DNA of 64,000 bases from Heteronotia binoei (Eukaryota), in NCBI RefSeq assembly GCF_032191835.1, contig NC_083226.1, forward strand, positions 21,762,001 through 21,826,000. The letters run 5' to 3'. The notes beneath the pieces were generated by a model. That model was not told the DNA's origin and did no database searches. It worked only from the letters and a program-made list of their open reading frames with translations. Shown here in pieces: positions 58,053 through 64,000 of the stretch. Position numbers and translations under genes: made by a program. How positions within the stretch are numbered: position 1 is the stretch's first letter; the number at the start of each line of letters is the position of its first letter.

Positions 58053-59519
58053 TGTACCTGCAGCACCTACCTTAAAATGCTTCCTGAATTATTATTGTCA
58101 TAATAAAACCTTACTCCCTTCATACATTCTAAGTTACTTTCTCCTGTGTGGCCACAGTGGCATGATGAAGATTTCCATCTGCCTGCTTTATATGTTTTGG
58201 TTATTTCCCCATTTTTGTGGGGGGAAATATTAGAAAGTTTGTCAAATCTTAGAGTTCAGCAAACTTCTCACAGGGGATTTGAACAATGGAGCCCAGAAGC
58301 AAGTATTTGGGGGTGGGGGGAAGAAAGAAAGAGCACAATAAAATTTAGAGGTTCCTGAGCTCCTTTCCTGTGAGCACCTGCCCAAAACGAGTGTCCCAGC
58401 TCCAGAGAACCCAGATTTTGTCTCCTTGGGAAAGAAACCGGGAGCCAAAGCAAACAGAAAGTGTGAGGAATAGTACCCAGGCCTCTACCTTGTCCTTTGA
58501 GATGTGGGGTGCCAGGCCACAAACCCCCATGGGCAGGAGAGATGTGAGCTGAACCAAACAGGGTCTGTCTCCCTTGAGTTCCTGATGCCCTTTGATGCCC
58601 TTCAAAGCCCTGCAAGGGAACCACGGCAACCAGCATCAACACTTTTGAATTTAGAACCTTCCTTCCAACTGCCACTTCCAGGTGGTTCTCTGGGAAGAAA
58701 GACTAAGGCATTCCCCCCCCCCCCCCCCAATAATCTCAGCCAGAGGATTGGAGTTGCCAAGTTCTCAAAATGTCCTCCCAACTGTCCCTTTAATACCAGC
58801 TTGGGCTGCAACATTTATCGGAGGATGTTATTGAGCTCCAGGCCAAGTAAAGCTTCAACAGCCCCTTTCCACATATGAAACCTCTGTTCAAGGAGACATG
58901 AATTTTCTCCCTTGAGGAGAGAAACAGTGGGCCAAAGGAAGCACAACTTGTGAGGAACAGTATCCAGACTATCTGATCTTCAGGAAGTGGGGGGCCAGTT
59001 GAGAAACCTCTGTGGGAAAGGGAGGAATCAAGTGGGGTCTGCCTCCCTTGATGTCCAGATGCCTTCTGGGAGCTCTGGGCAGGGAGCCATGGCAACCGGG
59101 CTCAGCACTTGTGAATTTAGAAGCTTCCCTCCAGATGATTCTCTGGGGAGGCCAAATAGGCATTTTGTAAATCAGCGGCTCAGAAGGGAGTCATTAGCAA
59201 CATTAAAAAAAAAAAAAAAGGTTGAAGAACCCTGTTCTAAATAAACTCACTGACAGGGTTGGGAAGGCTTTGGGTTGCCAAGTTTCACATGCATCCCTCC
59301 AGCTGTCCCCTTCATATCAAACTGAGCTGCAGCATTTATTATGGGATTTTTTTTTAAAAAAAACTGCTGTTCCAAGAACATCCTCTTTCTGTGCAAGAAA
59401 CCTTTGTTAAAGGGACAGGACACTGTTTTCATGGCTAGAGTGTTGACTAGCTAAGAGATGAGAAACTTTAAAAAGGTAAAGGTAGTTCCCTGTGCAAGCA
59501 CCAGCCGTTTTTGACTAGG

Positions 59520-59764
59520 GGGTTACGTTGCTTTCACGTTTCACAGCAGACATTTTTCCGGGGTGGTTTGCCATTGCCTTCCCCAGTCATCTACACTTTC
59601 TCCCCAGCAAACTGGGTACTCATTTGACCTACCTCGGAAGGATGGAAGACTGAGTCAACCTGGAGCCGGCTACCTGAACCAGCTTCCGCTGAGATCGAAC
59701 TCAGGTCGTGAGCAGAGGGCTCCAACTGCAGTACTGCAGCTTTACCACTCTGCACCATGGGGCT
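59520..59764 (-). mobile_element. Sauria SINE
   Basis: Core GGGTACTCATTTGACCTACCTCGGAAGGATGGAAGACTGAGTCAACC and GGTTTGCCATTGCCTTCCCC match the Sauria SINE as recalled. Confidence 0.65.
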
Positions 59765-59959
59765 ATTGAGAAACTTTAGATACCAAGATTTTCTCACTGG
59801 ACATTATCTGAGCCCAGCTGATATCTAAGGGAGATGGACATTAGCCAACATGGGAGTGCGTCTGCTCTAGCAGGTGCTAAGAAAGATGTCAAAGTAAGAT
59901 TAGTAGGTGATATTTATCTGAAATAAGCATGTGAAAAGAGAAGAGTTCTCAAAGTTCTC

Positions 59960-60120
59960 ATAGCCAGTTTGGTGTAGTGGTTAAGTGCATGGACTCTTTT
60001 CTGGGAGAACTGTGTTTGATTCCCCACTCCTCCACTTGCACCTGCTGGAATGGCCTTGGGTCAGCCATAGCTCTGGCAGAGGTTGTCCTTGAAAGGGCAG
60101 CTGCTGGGAGAGCTCTCCAG
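59960..60120 (+). mobile_element. 3'-truncated SINE, same family as 17177
   Basis: Head and body only. Confidence 0.7.
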
Positions 60121-60419
60121 GAGAGTTCCGTAACAAGGCAGGAACGCCAGCCATCTCTGCCTGAGATGGTTTGTGGGGGTTGCAACTGTGTGCCAAGAGG
60201 AGGAATCAGGTACGGCAGGAGGGTGATCGCCTGGAACCTTGCCAGGTCGGTCTCCCATGGGCTTCCATTTTCAGTGGTCAAGAATCCTGGGGTGCTAGGA
60301 TTGCTTGAGTACCTGGCACCCTGGTACAAAATTCTTGCTAGAACCACCATTAGCAGGACCATTGTGCCATCTGTTTTCAGGGTGACCAGATCTGTGGTGA
60401 AGGAGCATTTGTCCCATGC

Positions 60420-63400
60420 TGTGGAGAAAAGCCATCTTAGTCAATGTTGGTGCTTCATTGTGAGGGATCAGTAAAATCCTAAGCAGGCTTTGGCCTAGCC
60501 TCCCTCCAACCCTCCCTCCCTTCCAGAGCCAAACCAACAACTCTAGGGGGAAAGTCTCCTAGAGAGGCAGGAAGTTCTTTTGTTCTTTGTATTGGAGTTA
60601 GCAGGAAGAGAAGGCAGTTGGCAACTGGCGCTCAAGGGAGCATGTGGTGAGCATGGGGGCTCCTGCCTGTGAGGCCCCCAGGCAGTCAGACCAAGTAAGT
60701 CATCCCCAAGGCGGGGCAAGTTTAGACCAGGGACAGTAGGATGCGTTTATAACACCTTTCCTTTGTCATGCTGTTTGCTGTGCGGGTGCTGTGCTGTGCT
60801 AACTTTTTATATGCAACTGTTTTTGTTTTGTTTTTCTTTCCCTTTCTTTTTCTCTTGTAAATAAATATTTTTTTCTGTTTTGAATGCTGGCAGTCAAACT
60901 CTGTACCACATAGATCCCCAACCGCCTTAGACCACACTGCTTTATAAAGGGGGCCCCGGGGAAGGCATGCAGTTGGATAAGGTGCCAATCCTCCAGGGGT
61001 GCCCCAAAGAAGTGCTGAGGTCTCTGTGATACCCAAGTACTGGGTGGCAGAGGGCCTTGAGGCCTGGCCTCATAGCTGGAGAGGGGGATTGGGAGTCCTG
61101 TTCCTCTCAATCTGAACCCCTAGACCGAGCAGGTGGTGGCAGCGAGCCCAAGTGGCAGGAGGAGAAATAGCTCCCTCCAGGAGTTGGCGACTCAATAGGG
61201 AGTTGATGGGACCGGGTCTGAAGGCAGAATCGGGCCGGTTCCGCCACATTTGGTGGCAGCGGTGGGATAAGAACAAACAGGGAACTTGATTGGCCAGGCA
61301 TTTTTGTTTTTTTGATACGTGCAAGCACCCAGAGGAAGCAACAGAGGTTTTGTTTTATTTTCGGGTCAACTGGAATAGGGTAAGTTTAGTTAGTTAGGAT
61401 GGAGCGTGCTAAGAGACTGGAAATCCTGAAGATGACAAAGCCACAGCTCCAGGAAGAGTGTGCAAAGCAAAAGCTGGAGTGTGACAACATGACTGTAGCA
61501 GATATGAAAGACCTCCTGTTGGAGCATCATCAGCATGCAGGGGCACCTGCAGAAGTGCCCCTCACCCAGTCAGAAGCAATCTTGCGGCTACAGTTGGAAC
61601 TGGAGAGAATGCGTATCGAGGCGGACCGAGACCGCAGACGGGAGGAAAGAGAGAGGGATGAGATCCGCAGACAGGAGGAAAGAGAGAGAGCTGAGATCCG
61701 CAGACAGGAGGAAAGAGAGAGGGATGAAAGACAAGCTGAGATCTGCAGACAGGAGGAAAGAGAGAGGGATGAAAGACAAGCTGAGATCCGCAGACGGGAG
61801 GAAAGAGAGAGCTGAGATCCGCAGACGGGAGCAGGAAGAGCAACGTCGCCATGAGCTTGAGGTGCTACGTCTGAAAGCTGAACAAAGCAAAAAGATCAAA
61901 GTCACCCCCAAAGACTTTGCAGTGTACAAAGAGGGAGAAGACCCCTCCATATACCTCTCCAACTTTGAGGAGGCAGCCAAACAGTGGGGGATTGCAGAGG
62001 AAGACTATATGTCTTACCTCTGTAGCAACCTGACTGGAGAACTTTCAGCCATCTATTACAGCATGCCGATGGAAGATGGGGGGATAACTTTTGCAGCCTA
62101 TAAAGCCACTGTATTTAAAAGGTTTAAACTGGGGCCAGACCACTCCCGAAAGCAGTTCAGGGGTTTAGCTCCACAAGAATGCAAATCCTATTCTGAATTT
62201 GGGGTAAGGAAGGAACAGACAGTTCCAGTGTTATTGGGCCGGGATTTGTTGGTTGGCCAGTACTCTATCAATGCTGTAACCCGCAGCCAAACCCTCAGAG
62301 GAAAGTGGGAGGAGGAAGGCAACTTTAGGGAAGCCACCTCACAACCAGCCAGGGAGGGGGAAATAGCCCAGGTTACTGAGGACGAAGAGAGGTCAGTCAC
62401 CCAGGAGGGGGAGGACCAGCCTGTCTCAAGCCCTGGAGTAGGGTGTTCCCAAGGGGAAGAGGGGTGTAGCTCTCCCCAAGTGCAGCAAGAGGCTGTGGAT
62501 GTTCCTAGCGAGGAAAGGAACCTGTCTAGCGTAAAGGATGTGCATGCTGGAGAGACCAAGGTGGAGAGTGGAGATTTCACAGGAGGTTCTGAGAGCAGCA
62601 AGGCTAATGTGGGCTCAGAGGAGCACATAGCTGAAGGCTTGGGGGAATGGGAGTGGTTTCAGAAGGAGGTCCTGAGTGACCTTAGGTTGGAACCGGTTCA
62701 CCAAGTAGCTGTGGATCAGAAAGTGGGATCTTTTGAGACACTCTCAGAGCAGGTTGTCTCGAAGCAGGGCAGACAGGAGTCCTGGGAAGCTGTGGGACCT
62801 TCCAGGCAGGAGGGGGGTCAGTTGGGTAGTGCTGAAAAACCAACCGAGGGGACTGAGAACCCAAGCCAAACCCTTGCTGAGGATTCTGGAAACAGTGGGA
62901 CTAGGGGTGGCTTGAAGGAACAGATGATAGGAAGTCTGGGGGAGCCAGAAATGTTCCTGTCTGAGGTTCAAAGTGACCCTAGGCTGGACCCACTGTGTGA
63001 GGTGGCAAGGGACCAGAAAGTGGAGTTCTCAGAAGCTGAGACAGGGGATAGGGTGATGGTTTTCCTGCCACTTCATACTGGTGAATGGAAAGCGGAATGG
63101 GAGGGACCCCATGTGATTGTGGATGACCTGGACAAGGCTACTTATGTGGTGGCTATGGAGAAGACTGGAAAGACAGTTAAAGTGGGGCAGGTGAATATAC
63201 CACAGCCATTCTCTGCGAGGTCCATGATGTTGCATATAAGTAGGAAGGAAGGAGACAAAAAGAAGCTGGAACAGCAACTGTTTGGAGCACCAGAGGTGGT
63301 TTTCTGGGAGGTCAGAGTGGACAGAGGGAACATCCCACCAATGAGGGATAAAGAAGAAGCAACTGTGTGGGAACTGGGCAGTTTCCAACCTCGTATGTGG

Positions 63401-64000
63401 GGCCAGGAATTTCCTCCTTTGATGGACCACTCATCCCAGCAACAGCAGCAACTGAGGGAGAGCACCAAACTCCAGAGGTGGTCCTGGGAGATGGAGGAGT
63501 ACATCTTAAAGACTGGACATTCCTTCTGAAGGCAGCAATGCATCTTTTCGTCCAGAAAGGACATGGACACCTAGGGTGTGGGACTTTGTGTATTGTTGGG
63601 GAAATGCCTAATCTTGGTAAATGTTCTGTTTGGGTTAACGGGTTTCTCCTTGTTTGGTTGGATTCTGCTACGGGGTCACCTCTGTAGGAGGCAACCCCTC
63701 CGGCTCAGAATTTAAGGAGGGGGACGTGTGGAGAAATGCCATCTTAGTCAATGTTGGTGCTTCATTGTGAGGGATCATTAAAATCCTAAGCAGGCTTTGG
63801 CCTAGCCTCCCTCCAACCCCGTTTCCCTTCCAGAGCCAAACCAACAACTCTAGGGGGAAAGTCTCCTAGAGAGGCAGGAAGTTCTTTTGTTCTTTGTATT
63901 GGAGTTAGAAGGAAGAGAAGGCAGTTGGCAACTGGCGCTCAAGGGAGCATGTGGTGAGCATGGGGGCTCCTGCTTGTGAGGCCCCCAGGCAGTCAGACCA
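60420..64000 (+). mobile_element. Non-autonomous Gmr1-like Gypsy LTR element (runs off window)
   Basis: 5' LTR 60420-61248 (TG...CA); PBS TGGTGGCAGCGGTGGGAT (tRNA-Leu) at 61251-61268; PPT at ~63711-63724; 3' LTR from 63727, about 97% identical over the visible part. Confidence 0.9.
61399..63529 (+). pseudogene. Gag fused to degenerate pol remnants; one 2-bp frameshift at ~61805
   Basis: Coiled-coil repeats, capsid-like YLSNFEEAAKQW...LTG, start of a SCAN-like motif (RKQFRGL), protease C-end PVLLGRDL..AVTRSQ, integrase C-terminal GDRVMV..WEGP, RNase H end FQPRMWGQEF..MDH..LQRW. No RT core. Confidence 0.75.

Noticed and set aside
59958-60474. Overlapping 134-aa and 165-aa ORFs
   Set aside because: Span a SINE and LTR edge; no recognisable domain.

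Overview
Eukaryotic (vertebrate, squamate; repeat content suggests a gecko) genomic DNA. Bases 1-48 kb hold a tandem cluster of bitter taste receptor (TAS2R) genes with uninterrupted coding regions. A minus-strand subfamily has 3 intact genes and 1 frameshifted pseudogene. A plus-strand subfamily, in ~5-kb tandem units, has 3 intact genes, one 5'-truncated gene and one disrupted pseudogene. There is also a ~190-bp TAS2R fragment and a duplicated upstream block whose gene is missing. The rest is transposon-dense: a very young intact Ty3/Gypsy (Mag-like) provirus, an RT-less Gmr1-like LTR element, CR1/L2/BovB LINE fragments, SINEs, hAT and Harbinger MITEs, and Mutator-like and hAT transposase remnants. 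Two copies of an unusual ~3.4-kb composite hAT/Foldback-like element are built from minisatellites and palindromes, and all three N gaps lie inside them. Most notable: (1) a perfect POU octamer sits ~150-195 bp upstream of every TAS2R start codon that is present, with an acceptor-like CAG 1-4 nt before the ATG; (2) the composite transposon marks the strand switch of the cluster and truncates a TAS2R; (3) the Gag-only Gmr1-like element. Everything was read by eye: repeat-family names are unverified by database search and many repeat boundaries are approximate.
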